Assembly (NCBI GenBank): GCA_002877915.1
Contig: PNJE01000009.1
Coordinates: 3,061-67,060, forward strand
Direction: 5' to 3'
Length of the DNA stretch: 64,000 nt
Source of the DNA: Candidatus Aminicenantes bacterium
GTDB lineage: Bacteria > Acidobacteriota > Aminicenantia > Aminicenantales > Saccharicenantaceae
In this document: positions 1-9,608 of the stretch, in pieces
Layout: each line of letters starts with the position of its first letter
How positions within the stretch are numbered: position 1 is the first letter of the stretch
Notes under the pieces: model-generated
What the model saw: the letters and a program-made list of their open reading frames with translations, nothing else
Told to the model about the DNA's origin: nothing
The model's database searches: none
Position numbers and translations under genes: made by a program

Positions 1-1221
1 ATTTTGCCTGAAGAGGCCCGTATCTGGCAAATAGCGGAAGCTCAGGCTAAAGAAATTTTCACTTTATATGGTTATCGGGAGTTAAGGGCACCGATAATCG
101 AGCCGACCGAGCTTTTTGAAAAAGGGACGGGAGCTTCCTCCGATATTGTCACCAAAGAAATGTATACCTTCACCGATAAAGGTGGTCGATCGATAACTCT
201 GCGTCCTGAATACACTCCTTCGGTAGTCAGGGCCATAATTGAACATCGGCTTGATCTCCAGCCGCTTCCGCTACGTTTTTATTATATCGGACCGATGTTC
301 AGATATGACAAGCCACAAAAGGGTCGTTATCGGCAGTTCCACCAGATTGATATTGAAGTCTTTGGCGAAAAAGATCCAGCGGTTGATGCCGAGATTGTAG
401 AAATGGCTCATCGATTGTTAAAAAAACTGGGGGTTGAAAATGTTTTGACCCTGGTTAATTCAGTTGGCTGCAAAAAATGCCGGCCAGCCTATGGAGAAGC
501 CCTGCGAAAGGCAGCCCAAGCAGTTAAAGAAAAACTTTGTCCGGACTGCCAGCGGAAGGCTGATATCAATCCGCTGAGGATTTTTGACTGCAAAGTGGAA
601 ACCTGCCGGGAGGCAGCCTCTACCTTCCCTAAAATTACTGATTATCTTTGCCCCGATTGCCGACAGCATTTTCAAAAATTTCTGGAATACCTGGATTTTT
701 ATGGGATAAATTACCAGGTAGAGCCAACCTTGGTCCGAGGCCTCGATTATTACACCAAAACCGCTTTTGAGATAGTCACCGAAAATCTTGGCGCCCAGAA
801 TGCCGTCTGTGGTGGCGGCCGTTATGACGACATGGTCAGGGAATTTGGCGGACCAGACCTGTGCGGTATCGGTTTTGCTATGGGAGTGGAACGCTTGCTA
901 TCGGTGGCCAGAATAGAAAAACCCCGGGACAGTTTTGTCTATTTCGCCTATATGGGTGAAGAAGGAAAAAAGCAGAGCTTGGCGACGGCTCGTTTGTGGA
1001 GGTCAAAAGGAATCGAATGCTTAGTCGAATTCAAAGACCGGGGATTAAAGGCCCATTTCAGTCGGGCTAATAAAATCGGAGCCGATTGGGTACTGATAAT
1101 CGGCCAAGATGAGCTTTCTAAGGGAAAATTTCAGTTAAAAAACATGCTTGATTCCAAGCAATACGAAGGAACATCTGAAGAACTGGCTGAGCTTATCCTG
1201 AAACAGGGCCAAAAAACTTAA
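1..1221 (+). CDS. hisS: histidyl-tRNA synthetase, 5' end cut by window edge
   Basis: The frame is open from nt 1 (ILPEEARIWQ...). It has a class II HisRS pattern (RYRQFHQIDIE, GGGRYD, a C-terminal anticodon-binding-like region). The insertion domain is Cys-rich (CKKC, CPDC, CKVETC, CPDC). The track start at nt 4 is only a TTG inside the gene. Confidence 0.95.
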   Translation: MLPEEARIWQIAEAQAKEIFTLYGYRELRAPIIEPTELFEKGTGASSDIVTKEMYTFTDKGGRSITLRPEYTPSVVRAIIEHRLDLQPLPLRFYYIGPMFRYDKPQKGRYRQFHQIDIEVFGEKDPAVDAEIVEMAHRLLKKLGVENVLTLVNSVGCKKCRPAYGEALRKAAQAVKEKLCPDCQRKADINPLRIFDCKVETCREAASTFPKITDYLCPDCRQHFQKFLEYLDFYGINYQVEPTLVRGLDYYTKTAFEIVTENLGAQNAVCGGGRYDDMVREFGGPDLCGIGFAMGVERLLSVARIEKPRDSFVYFAYMGEEGKKQSLATARLWRSKGIECLVEFKDRGLKAHFSRANKIGADWVLIIGQDELSKGKFQLKNMLDSKQYEGTSEELAELILKQGQKT

Positions 1222-1294
1222 AGAGTCCTGAAGATTAATTTACCTATTGCCCATATTATTCATATTAAAAAATCAGCGGAGAAGGAAGCATTAA

Positions 1295-3082
1295 ATGAAA
1301 GAAAAAACGCTGGAAACAGAAGTCTGGAAGAGAACCAGATATGGCGGTGAACTCCGTTCTGAAGATATTGGCAAAGAAGTGACTTTGACTGGCTGGGTAC
1401 AGAGAGTCCGCGACATTGGCAGCCTGGTTTTTGTTGACTTGAGAGATAGAAGTGGGCTGATTCAATTGGTGGCCGACCAAGAAACTCCGGGCATTCTGGA
1501 AGAAGCTAAAAAATTGCGCAGTGAATATGTGATTCAAATCAGGGGCCAGGTCAGGCGTCGCCAGGAAGAAGCCATAAACACCCAGCTGCCGACTGGTGAA
1601 GTGGAAGTAAAAATTGAGCACTTAAAAGTCTTGAACACCTCTCGAATTCCTCCTTTTGTCATTTCTGACCCACCTCAAGCTACAGAAGAGCTGAGGTTCA
1701 AGTACCGCTACCTGGACCTCAGGCGGCCCTCCATGCAGAGAAACCTCATTCTGCGACATAGAGCGGCGCTTGAGACCCGTAATTTCCTGAGCGAAAAAGG
1801 CTTTCTGGAGATAGAAACGCCTTTCCTGACGAAAAGCACGCCAGAAGGAGCCAGAGATTACTTAGTGCCGAGCCGCATCCACCACGGGAAATTTTATGCT
1901 CTGCCGCAATCGCCCCAGCTCTTCAAGCAGATTTTGATGATTTCTGGTTTTGACCGCTATTTTCAAATCGTCAGGTGTTTTCGGGATGAAGACTTGCGAG
2001 CTGACCGTCAGCCTGAATTTACCCAGATTGATATTGAAATGAGCTTCGCTACCCGCGAAGATATTTACGAGCTGATAGAAGAACTTATGGACAGGCTCTT
2101 CTACCTGAAGGGCGAAAAAATCAACCGGCCATTTATCAGGTTAACCTACGCCGAAGCCATAGAGAAATATGGCTCTGATAAACCAGACCTCAGGGACCCG
2201 GTGGCCATAGAAGATTTGACTTCTGTTGCAGCGGAGCTTGGTTCTGAAATCATCAGCAGCGTGCTGGAAAAAGGCGGGGTGCTCAAAGGTTTGCTGGTTA
2301 AAGGCGGGGGAAGTTTTTCACGTTCGCGCCTCGATAAACTCCAGGAAGAAGCCAAAACCATGGGAGCTGGCGGATTGATCTGGATTAAAAAGGCTGAAGG
2401 AAACCTCAAAAGCACTTTAAAAATCCCGGCTGAGAAGCTGAAGTTGCTCTGGTCCAGGATGGCCGCGGAAGAAAGCGACCTGGTGTTGATGGTGGCTTCC
2501 GCCAGAGAAACAGCGGTTAAAGTTCTCGGAGAATTCAGGAAGAATTTTATCCAGGAAAATATTAACCAGGGAAAGATAAGCAAAATGACCAGGGCTTTCT
2601 GCTGGGTCACCGACTTTCCGCTTTTTGAATGGAGTGAAGAGGAACAGAAAATTGTTTCTATGCACCATCCTTTTACCTCACCTAACCCAGCTGATCTCGA
2701 TTACTTAGAGACTGATCCTTTCAAAGTCAAAGCTCTGGCCTATGACCTGGTGCTCAACGGGTATGAAGTGGGCGGTGGGTCAATCAGAATACACCAGCCC
2801 GAACTCCAGGCCAAGATATTCAAAATTCTTGGATTGACGCCAGAGCAAGCTGAAGAAAAGTTCGGCTTTTTCTTGGAAGCCCTAACTTACGGGGCACCAC
2901 CCCATGGTGGAATTGCCCTGGGCTTCGACCGTTTAGTAATGCTCCTGTGCGGCGAGGATTCTATCCGGGAAGTTATCCCCTTCCCCAAGACTACCAGCGC
3001 TCTCTGCTTGATGACTAACTCCCCTTCCCCAGTTGATCCTCGCCAGCTCGAAGAGCTCGGCCTCGAAATAAAGAAGAAATAA
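1295..3082 (+). CDS. aspS: aspartyl-tRNA synthetase
   Basis: 595 aa. N-terminal OB-fold region and class IIb motifs (FRDEDLRADRQPEFTQIDIE, GGGSIRIH, GFDRLVMLL). AGGAAG Shine-Dalgarno upstream. Confidence 0.97.
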   Translation: MKEKTLETEVWKRTRYGGELRSEDIGKEVTLTGWVQRVRDIGSLVFVDLRDRSGLIQLVADQETPGILEEAKKLRSEYVIQIRGQVRRRQEEAINTQLPTGEVEVKIEHLKVLNTSRIPPFVISDPPQATEELRFKYRYLDLRRPSMQRNLILRHRAALETRNFLSEKGFLEIETPFLTKSTPEGARDYLVPSRIHHGKFYALPQSPQLFKQILMISGFDRYFQIVRCFRDEDLRADRQPEFTQIDIEMSFATREDIYELIEELMDRLFYLKGEKINRPFIRLTYAEAIEKYGSDKPDLRDPVAIEDLTSVAAELGSEIISSVLEKGGVLKGLLVKGGGSFSRSRLDKLQEEAKTMGAGGLIWIKKAEGNLKSTLKIPAEKLKLLWSRMAAEESDLVLMVASARETAVKVLGEFRKNFIQENINQGKISKMTRAFCWVTDFPLFEWSEEEQKIVSMHHPFTSPNPADLDYLETDPFKVKALAYDLVLNGYEVGGGSIRIHQPELQAKIFKILGLTPEQAEEKFGFFLEALTYGAPPHGGIALGFDRLVMLLCGEDSIREVIPFPKTTSALCLMTNSPSPVDPRQLEELGLEIKKK

Positions 3083-3083
3083 A

Positions 3084-3105
3084 AAAGGGCCCGGGGCCGC
3101 CCTTT
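3084..3105 (+). terminator. candidate intrinsic terminator after aspS
   Basis: AAAGGGC / GCCCTTT form a 7-bp GC-rich stem around an 8-nt loop, starting 2 nt after the aspS stop. The trailing T tract is short (TTTAT). Confidence 0.4.
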
Positions 3106-3172
3106 ATATTCAAAACCTCAAATCAGTTAGCCAAGGAAAATTTCAACCTTATTTTCTGGTGTTCAATCTTTT

Positions 3173-4639
3173 TCAATCTTCCAGCTGGCCGGTCAGTGGA
3201 TTCAAAAGTTTCACTCGGTGAATCTTGCCCAGCTTATCCAGTGGTCCAGGGAATTTATCTGAACCCTTGTTGCAGGGTTCCCAGTCGCCGACGATCATAA
3301 TCACCATTTTGTCCGGATGGATGTATTTCTTAGCTACTTCCAGAACTTTCTCTTTGGTTACCGCTTTTATCTTATCCAGGTAGGTGGCGTAATAGTTCAT
3401 CGGTTTGCCCTGGAGCTCAAGGTTAGCGAAATTCACCATCGTGCCAATCGGGCTCTGGAAGAAATCAGCAAAGCTTTCTAAGTAATAATTTATGGCTGTT
3501 TCCATTTCCGCATCGGACACCAGTTGCTGTCTGATTCTTTCAAATTCCTTAAGGATTAGAGAAATAGCATAACCAACTGTCTCCGACTTTGTCTGGACGT
3601 AGCCAGAAAAAGTTCCTGGAAAACCCCAGCGGTAAGTGAAACGGCTGCCGGTGTTGTAGGCCAGGCCCTCATCCGAACGAACCTTGGAAGTAATTCTTGA
3701 GGTGAAACTGCCCCCACCCAAGATGAAATTCATCACCTGCACGGCAAAATAATCCGGGTTGGTATCTTCAATCCCCAGATGACCAACCGAGACATAGCCC
3801 TGATTAATCTTCTTCTGGATGAAATAGACACCCGGCTCAGGCTGCAGGAAATTCTGGCTGATGGCCGGGAAGCTCAAGCTCTTATTAGCCCACTTGGCTG
3901 CATACTTATTTATTTTATTTTTTAACTGATCGCGGCTAAAATCTCCAGCGGCGGCAATGATGATGTTCTTAGGGAAGAAGTACTTACCGTGGAAAGCTTT
4001 AAGGTCAGCCGCGGTAAGGCCTTCAATCGTGGCTTTAGTCTCTTGATAAGTCAGCGGATGGTCTCCGTAAAGCACCTTCTGAAATTCCCTGGCCAGCACC
4101 TGGCTCGGGTTATCGTTGGCTGAACGGAGCTGCTCAATCAGCCGACCCTTAGCCAGCTTAAGACTATCATCTCGAAACTCTGGGTTCATCAGTACATCAA
4201 AAAATAAATCCAGGCCTTCGTCCAGATCCTTGCTGAGCACCGACATGGTCAATGTGGCCGTCCTCTCCCCCACATTGAAATTCAAAGTGCCTCCCAGAAA
4301 ATCAATTCTTTCCTCAATGGCCGAGCCTGTTCTGGTTTTTGTCCCGCCTTTAATCAAGCATTCAGAAAGAAGAGCATCAAGCCCGGCTTTTTCTTTTGGG
4401 ACATAGAGGCTTCCGGCATTGATAATAGCAGTAATATTTATAATTGGCAGGGTCCTCTCTTCCATCACATAGGCTCTTAGCCCATTGGCCAGGACCACTC
4501 TGAAATTGGCCGGATTGGGTGGCTGAAATTTTAGCGGAGGGAACTTCAAATTTTCAGGCCTGGTCCATTGGGCTGAACTAAAACTGACGGCTGACAAAAT
4601 TAAAATTAGGCTCAAGACTAAAACAGCATATTTTTTCAT
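3173..4639 (-). CDS. exported M16-family peptidase-like protein, non-catalytic type (no HxxEH)
   Basis: 488 aa with an N-terminal signal peptide (LILILSAVSFSSAQ). Two-domain M16 (pitrilysin/insulinase) pattern, but the zinc motif position reads LSECL. Lies 12 nt from the catalytic M16 partner gene. Confidence 0.8.
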   Translation of the reverse strand: MKKYAVLVLSLILILSAVSFSSAQWTRPENLKFPPLKFQPPNPANFRVVLANGLRAYVMEERTLPIINITAIINAGSLYVPKEKAGLDALLSECLIKGGTKTRTGSAIEERIDFLGGTLNFNVGERTATLTMSVLSKDLDEGLDLFFDVLMNPEFRDDSLKLAKGRLIEQLRSANDNPSQVLAREFQKVLYGDHPLTYQETKATIEGLTAADLKAFHGKYFFPKNIIIAAAGDFSRDQLKNKINKYAAKWANKSLSFPAISQNFLQPEPGVYFIQKKINQGYVSVGHLGIEDTNPDYFAVQVMNFILGGGSFTSRITSKVRSDEGLAYNTGSRFTYRWGFPGTFSGYVQTKSETVGYAISLILKEFERIRQQLVSDAEMETAINYYLESFADFFQSPIGTMVNFANLELQGKPMNYYATYLDKIKAVTKEKVLEVAKKYIHPDKMVIMIVGDWEPCNKGSDKFPGPLDKLGKIHRVKLLNPLTGQLED

Positions 4640-4650
4640 AACATCCCTCC

Positions 4651-6138
4651 TTATCTTCCGAGGCCGCGAGAATAAATGGCCACTAAGCAGTTGTCTTTGA
4701 CCATATACTTAGCGGCCACTCTTTTAATATCATCAGAGGTGACTTTTTTCATATCTTCCAGATCAGTTAAAAGCGAGCGCCAGCCTCGATTAAGTTCGGC
4801 CCGCCCAACTCTCATGGCTAAAAACATGGGCGACTCCAGTCCCCGGATAAAGGCAGCCTCCGTTTTATTCTTGGCTTTCTGAAGTTCTTCGGGAGTAACT
4901 CCATCTTTTTTTATTTTTTCAATCTCTTCCCAGATCTCTTTTTCCAGGTCTTCTGGCTTGACCCCTTTCTGCATTTTCGGAATGGCGTTAAAAGTAAAAG
5001 CTCCCACATACCATTGAGGTCGAGACATAGCCATAGCTCTAATAGCCATGTCTTTTTCTTTGACTAAGGATTTATTAAGCCGACCAGTCTCTCCAGAAAG
5101 AATGCTGGCTAAAATATTTAGGGCTGGAATATCGGGATGGCCTTCGGGCGGAATATGGAACCATATCTGGAGGTTAGGGAGGCCAGGGCCTTCGCCAGAC
5201 ATCCTCTTCTGAGAATATTGGGGCGGTTCACCTGTTCTAATAGGTTCAATATCTTCACCTCTGGGTATCGGGCCAAAATATTTTTCAGCCAGCTTAATGA
5301 TTTCCTCAGGCTTAAAATCACCGACATAAATAGCCACCGCATTATTGGGAACATAATATTTATTATGGAAGGCGATAAGATCGTTCTTAGTTATCTTTTT
5401 AAGGTCATCCATCCAACCAATTACTTCCCAGTGGTAGGGTGAAGCGGTGTAAAAAGCTGCCCGGACCTGCTCATTAAAGAAAAACCCGGGGCTATTTTCG
5501 CTCAGCCGGCGTTCTTCCATGACCACATCTTTTTCTGAATAGAACTCTCGGAAATAAGAATTCATCATCCGGTCAGATTCAAGCATCATCTGTAATTCCA
5601 CTTTGTTAGATGGCAGGGTAACATAATATCCAGTTACCTCATCTGAAGTGGAGGCATTCAAGCCGGTCCCCCCATTCTTCATATAAGTTTCCCAGAGATC
5701 ATCCTTGATGATATATTTTTTCTCCGCTTTCATCAGCTCTTCAGCTTGTTTCTCCCATTCAGCAATTTTTTGCTGGTCACCATCTTTTTTCCAATACTTT
5801 TCATGATAGATTTTGTCCATCAGCTCATCAATCTGGCGGTTGAGAGCATCATCAGCCTGAAAATCAGTGACACCCATTACTCTGGTTCCTTTAAACATCA
5901 TGTGTTCATGGATATGGGCAATTCCAGTGATGCCCGGCCGTTCATTGATCGAGCCAACTTTGTAGTAAATATGGCAGACTACTCGGGGAACACCTGGCTT
6001 AGGAATCATCAGAATTTTCATTCCGTTTGGCAGGACTTGCTCTTTAACTTCCAGCTTCACTTGAGCCGAGCTGAAGGAGACCAGGGATAACAAAAAGAAA
6101 AAGGAAAATAAAAATAGAAGAAGTTTTTTTTGAATCAT
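4651..6138 (-). CDS. exported M16-family zinc metallopeptidase (catalytic subunit)
   Basis: 495 aa with a signal peptide (FFLLSLVSFSSAQ). Carries the inverted zinc motif HxxEH as HIHEH within GIAHIHEHMMFKG. Confidence 0.85.
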   Translation of the reverse strand: MIQKKLLLFLFSFFFLLSLVSFSSAQVKLEVKEQVLPNGMKILMIPKPGVPRVVCHIYYKVGSINERPGITGIAHIHEHMMFKGTRVMGVTDFQADDALNRQIDELMDKIYHEKYWKKDGDQQKIAEWEKQAEELMKAEKKYIIKDDLWETYMKNGGTGLNASTSDEVTGYYVTLPSNKVELQMMLESDRMMNSYFREFYSEKDVVMEERRLSENSPGFFFNEQVRAAFYTASPYHWEVIGWMDDLKKITKNDLIAFHNKYYVPNNAVAIYVGDFKPEEIIKLAEKYFGPIPRGEDIEPIRTGEPPQYSQKRMSGEGPGLPNLQIWFHIPPEGHPDIPALNILASILSGETGRLNKSLVKEKDMAIRAMAMSRPQWYVGAFTFNAIPKMQKGVKPEDLEKEIWEEIEKIKKDGVTPEELQKAKNKTEAAFIRGLESPMFLAMRVGRAELNRGWRSLLTDLEDMKKVTSDDIKRVAAKYMVKDNCLVAIYSRGLGR

Positions 6139-6325
6139 ACACTCACCTCCTTTTACAGGTATTTATTTTTTAATAACCCATTAAAATGGGAAATAAATTT
6201 TCTTTCTAAATAATATAAGTATTTTTTATTATTGACGGAATAATTATCAGCTTTCTTCCGTTTTTTAATTTAAAAACAGCTAAATTTTAGGCCGAAATTT
6301 TATTCATTAAAAGCAATAATTTTTC

Positions 6326-6354
6326 TTGTCAAAGGCGATTAACATTAGTATTAT
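6326..6354 (+). promoter_or_regulatory. candidate sigma70-type promoter for the permease gene
   Basis: TTGTCA (6326-6331), 17-nt spacer, TATTAT (6349-6354). An AGGAG Shine-Dalgarno lies before the ATG at 6403. Motif match only. Confidence 0.35.
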
Positions 6355-6402
6355 TCAAAGCTTAAAGTATTTTTAAATATCTCTTTCAAAGGAGAAAGAC
6401 CG

Positions 6403-7791
6403 ATGAACCTTTGGGTCAAAAAGCGGCCAGAAGATCTACAAGAAGCCTCTGACCATACCCAGCTTAGGAAGAGCTTACGAGCTATTGACCTGGCGGCCCT
6501 CGGCATTGGCTCAGTAGTCGGAACTGGCATTTTTGTAGCCACCGGCCAGGGAGCTCATTTAGCCGGCCCGGGGGTGCTGCTTTCATTTGTCCTGGCAGCG
6601 ATTACTGCCGGGCTTTGTGCTTTAACCTACTCTGAGCTGGCCAGCATGTTCCCAGTAGCCGGCAGCACTTATTCTTATTCCTATGCCGCTTTTGGTGAAG
6701 TCATTGCCTGGATTATTGGCTGGGATTTAATGCTTGAATACTTAGTTTCAGCCAGCGCGGTAGCTTCTGGCTGGTCAACAACTTTTATTGGTTTGTTAGA
6801 AAACCTCGGGTTAAAATTGCCGAAAGCTTTTACGGCTACTCCCCTGGCTGGTGGAATTGTGGATTTGCCGGCTATTCTGATAACTCTTCTAATAACCTGG
6901 ATTCTCTATATTGGAATAAAAGAAAGTGCGGTCACCAATAACATCATCGTAGTTATAAAGATGGCCGTCATTGTTTTATTCATTGTCCTGGGAATCAGCC
7001 ACATAAAACTTAGCAACCTGACACCTTTTGCTCCTTTCGGCTGGAAAGGAATCATGGCTGGGGCAGCCATCATCTTTTTTGCTTATATTGGATTTGACGC
7101 TGTTTCCACAGCAGCTGAAGAAACCGTTAATCCCAAAAAAGATGTACCTTTAGGATTGATGCTCTGCTTGGGAGTGGTAATTATTCTCTATGTTGGGGTA
7201 GCGCTGGTCCTCACAGGATTGGTTCCATACAAAGAGATAGATGTGGGCAATGCCCTGCCGGCAGCCCTGGCTCGCATTGGCATAAGGTGGGGCGGGGCAC
7301 TGGTGGCAACTGGTGGAATAGTGGGTATGATTTCCACCCTGCTAATTACAGTATATGGCCAGGTAAGAATTTTCATGGTGATGGCCAGGGATGGCCTTTT
7401 GCCAGAAGTTTTTTCTCATGTTCATCCAAAGCACCGCACCCCGGCTATCTGCACCTGGATAACTGGAGGCCTGACCGCTGTCATCGCTGGCTTTTTCCCT
7501 CTGTCAGTGATCATCGAGTTGTGCAATATCGGAACCTTGTTTGCCTTCATCCTGGTTTCGGTTGGAGTAATTGTTTTGCGGCATACCCAGCCCGAAGTGG
7601 AAAGAAAATTCAAAACTCCTCTTGTGCCCTTCACTCCACTTGTCACCATTGGCTTCTGCTTGTATTTAATGTATAGCCTTCCAGCTATTACCTGGATCAG
7701 GTTTGGAGTCTGGTTGACAGTAGGGCTGCTTATATATTTTGCTTATGGGGCCCGGCATTCTAAACTTCAGAACAGACCTGAATATTATTAA
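6403..7791 (+). CDS. APC-superfamily amino acid permease
   Basis: 462 aa with about 12 predicted TM helices. The N-terminal pattern (LRAIDLAALGIGSVVGTGIFV) is typical of the amino-acid/polyamine/organocation permease family. Confidence 0.85.
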   Translation: MNLWVKKRPEDLQEASDHTQLRKSLRAIDLAALGIGSVVGTGIFVATGQGAHLAGPGVLLSFVLAAITAGLCALTYSELASMFPVAGSTYSYSYAAFGEVIAWIIGWDLMLEYLVSASAVASGWSTTFIGLLENLGLKLPKAFTATPLAGGIVDLPAILITLLITWILYIGIKESAVTNNIIVVIKMAVIVLFIVLGISHIKLSNLTPFAPFGWKGIMAGAAIIFFAYIGFDAVSTAAEETVNPKKDVPLGLMLCLGVVIILYVGVALVLTGLVPYKEIDVGNALPAALARIGIRWGGALVATGGIVGMISTLLITVYGQVRIFMVMARDGLLPEVFSHVHPKHRTPAICTWITGGLTAVIAGFFPLSVIIELCNIGTLFAFILVSVGVIVLRHTQPEVERKFKTPLVPFTPLVTIGFCLYLMYSLPAITWIRFGVWLTVGLLIYFAYGARHSKLQNRPEYY

Positions 7792-8409
7792 ATAAATTTT
7801 TAGGCAAGGAATAAGCTTTTTATTCAAATTGGTTTTTGCGGCTCAATTAATAAACTAATAATCATAAATATATAAATATCTATATTCCTTTGAAAATTGT
7901 CTATCAGACAGCATATGAGCGCTCGCCATTTTATAAATGGCCAGCAAGGGTTAATTAAATTATTCGGGTCTTGGTGAGATTGTTCCTGGGGAAAATTTTC
8001 ATATAATTTCCTTAATTGACTCTATGGATTAGCCTTATGAAACCTTTTTCTAAGGGATCCCTTTCAATAGATGCCTGCCCTGATACAAAAACCTTGCCCC
8101 AGGCCAATAGATAATAATTCCTCCTAGGCATTCCAGAAGGCCGAATATTATCAAGGATTAATATAATATGATTGCCAGGTGGCCGCTCTTCTGGTCCCTA
8201 TCTGGTAGAAAAATTATATCTGAGTTGTTTATTTTGTATCGGAGTTTTCTATTTTGCGCAAATCACTGGGTTCCTGATAACTTCAATCCACTCCCCGGAC
8301 GAACAATAAGACCACTCCGAAAAAAATAAGCAATATATGAATATTTTTTCATATATTAACCCGCAAACATCACTTTATTCTCCACCACTAAACTTGGGAA
8401 ATTGATATT

Positions 8410-9588
8410 TCAGAGGGCTTCAGAATTTTCCTGCTTGATTTTTTCCACTAATTCTTTGACTTTCTGATCATGGTCTCGATGGCAAATAAGAAGAGCATCG
8501 CCGGCATCGACCACAATTAGATTCTCTACTCCGATCAAAGCAGTTGTTTTCTCTGGAGCAAAAACCAGACACTTGTGAGCCCCGAGGGCTATTGTTTTCC
8601 CTCGGGCAGCAATGCAATTTTCATCCTGGGGAAAAAAATCATAAAGAGCACTCCAGGAACCGAGGTCCGACCAACCAAAATCCCCTCGAGCCATTAAGGG
8701 CATCTTTATTTTTTCTATCAAGGCATAATCTATCGATAAAGACGGCACCTGGCGGAATAATCGAACAAGCTCCCTCTGGTTTTTATTTTTTAGCACCGGG
8801 AGCATCTTCATCCAAACAGAAAATAGTTCCGGAGCAAATTTCCTCAAAGAATCTTCAAAAACATCTGCCCGCCAAAGGAAAATTCCGCTGTTCCAAAAAT
8901 AATCTCCAGACTGAAGAAAATCCAGAGCGGTGGGTAAGTCTGGCTTTTCCTTAAAACTGGTCACCTGATAAAATTTTTCTTCCCCAACCACTTTGCCCTC
9001 GCTCTTATATTCTGGGCAATGAATATACCCATAACCAGTGGAAGGAGAAGTTGGGGGGATGCCAAAGAGTACAATTTTCTTATATTTGAAGGCTGCTTCA
9101 GCTGCCCGGATTAATTTCTGTCTGAATTTTTCAACCTCCCTGATATAATGATCAGAGGGAAGAACCACCACCACCGATTCTGGATTCTGGAGATAAAGGC
9201 AGGCAGTGGCCAAAAGAAGTGAAGCGGTAGTGTTCCTGGCTTCTGGTTCCACCAGGAGATTTTCCTTTGGGATGGCGGGTAAAAGCTTTTTAATAAGCTT
9301 ATTCTGTTCTTTTTTCGCAATGGTATAAATTCTTGAATTCGGTACCAGCCCCTGAACTCTTTCAACTGTTTCCTCGATTAATGACCGGTCGCTTAAAATT
9401 TTAAGATACTGCTTCGGAGTTTTTTGACGGCTGAGGGGCCAGAATCTGGTTCCACTGCCACCGGCCAGAATAACCACTCTTATATCAAGAACGGTCCCGA
9501 TTGATTTCTGGCTTTTTTCTTTCTTCTTAGAAGCTTCTTTTTTGAGTCCTGGACTTTTTATTTTCCCTGTTATTTTCCCTGGTAACAT
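8410..9588 (-). CDS. mannose-1-phosphate guanylyltransferase-like nucleotidyltransferase with Lys-rich N-terminal extension
   Basis: 392 aa. Nucleotidyltransferase signature ILAGGSGTRFWPLSR and the short ManC/GMP family pattern. The ATG at 9588 is preceded by GAGGA. The first ~38 aa are Lys/Ser-rich (KKEASKKKEKSQKS). Confidence 0.85.
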   Translation of the reverse strand: MLPGKITGKIKSPGLKKEASKKKEKSQKSIGTVLDIRVVILAGGSGTRFWPLSRQKTPKQYLKILSDRSLIEETVERVQGLVPNSRIYTIAKKEQNKLIKKLLPAIPKENLLVEPEARNTTASLLLATACLYLQNPESVVVVLPSDHYIREVEKFRQKLIRAAEAAFKYKKIVLFGIPPTSPSTGYGYIHCPEYKSEGKVVGEEKFYQVTSFKEKPDLPTALDFLQSGDYFWNSGIFLWRADVFEDSLRKFAPELFSVWMKMLPVLKNKNQRELVRLFRQVPSLSIDYALIEKIKMPLMARGDFGWSDLGSWSALYDFFPQDENCIAARGKTIALGAHKCLVFAPEKTTALIGVENLIVVDAGDALLICHRDHDQKVKELVEKIKQENSEAL

Positions 9589-9608
9589 TTTTTCCTCTTA
9601 AGATAGAT

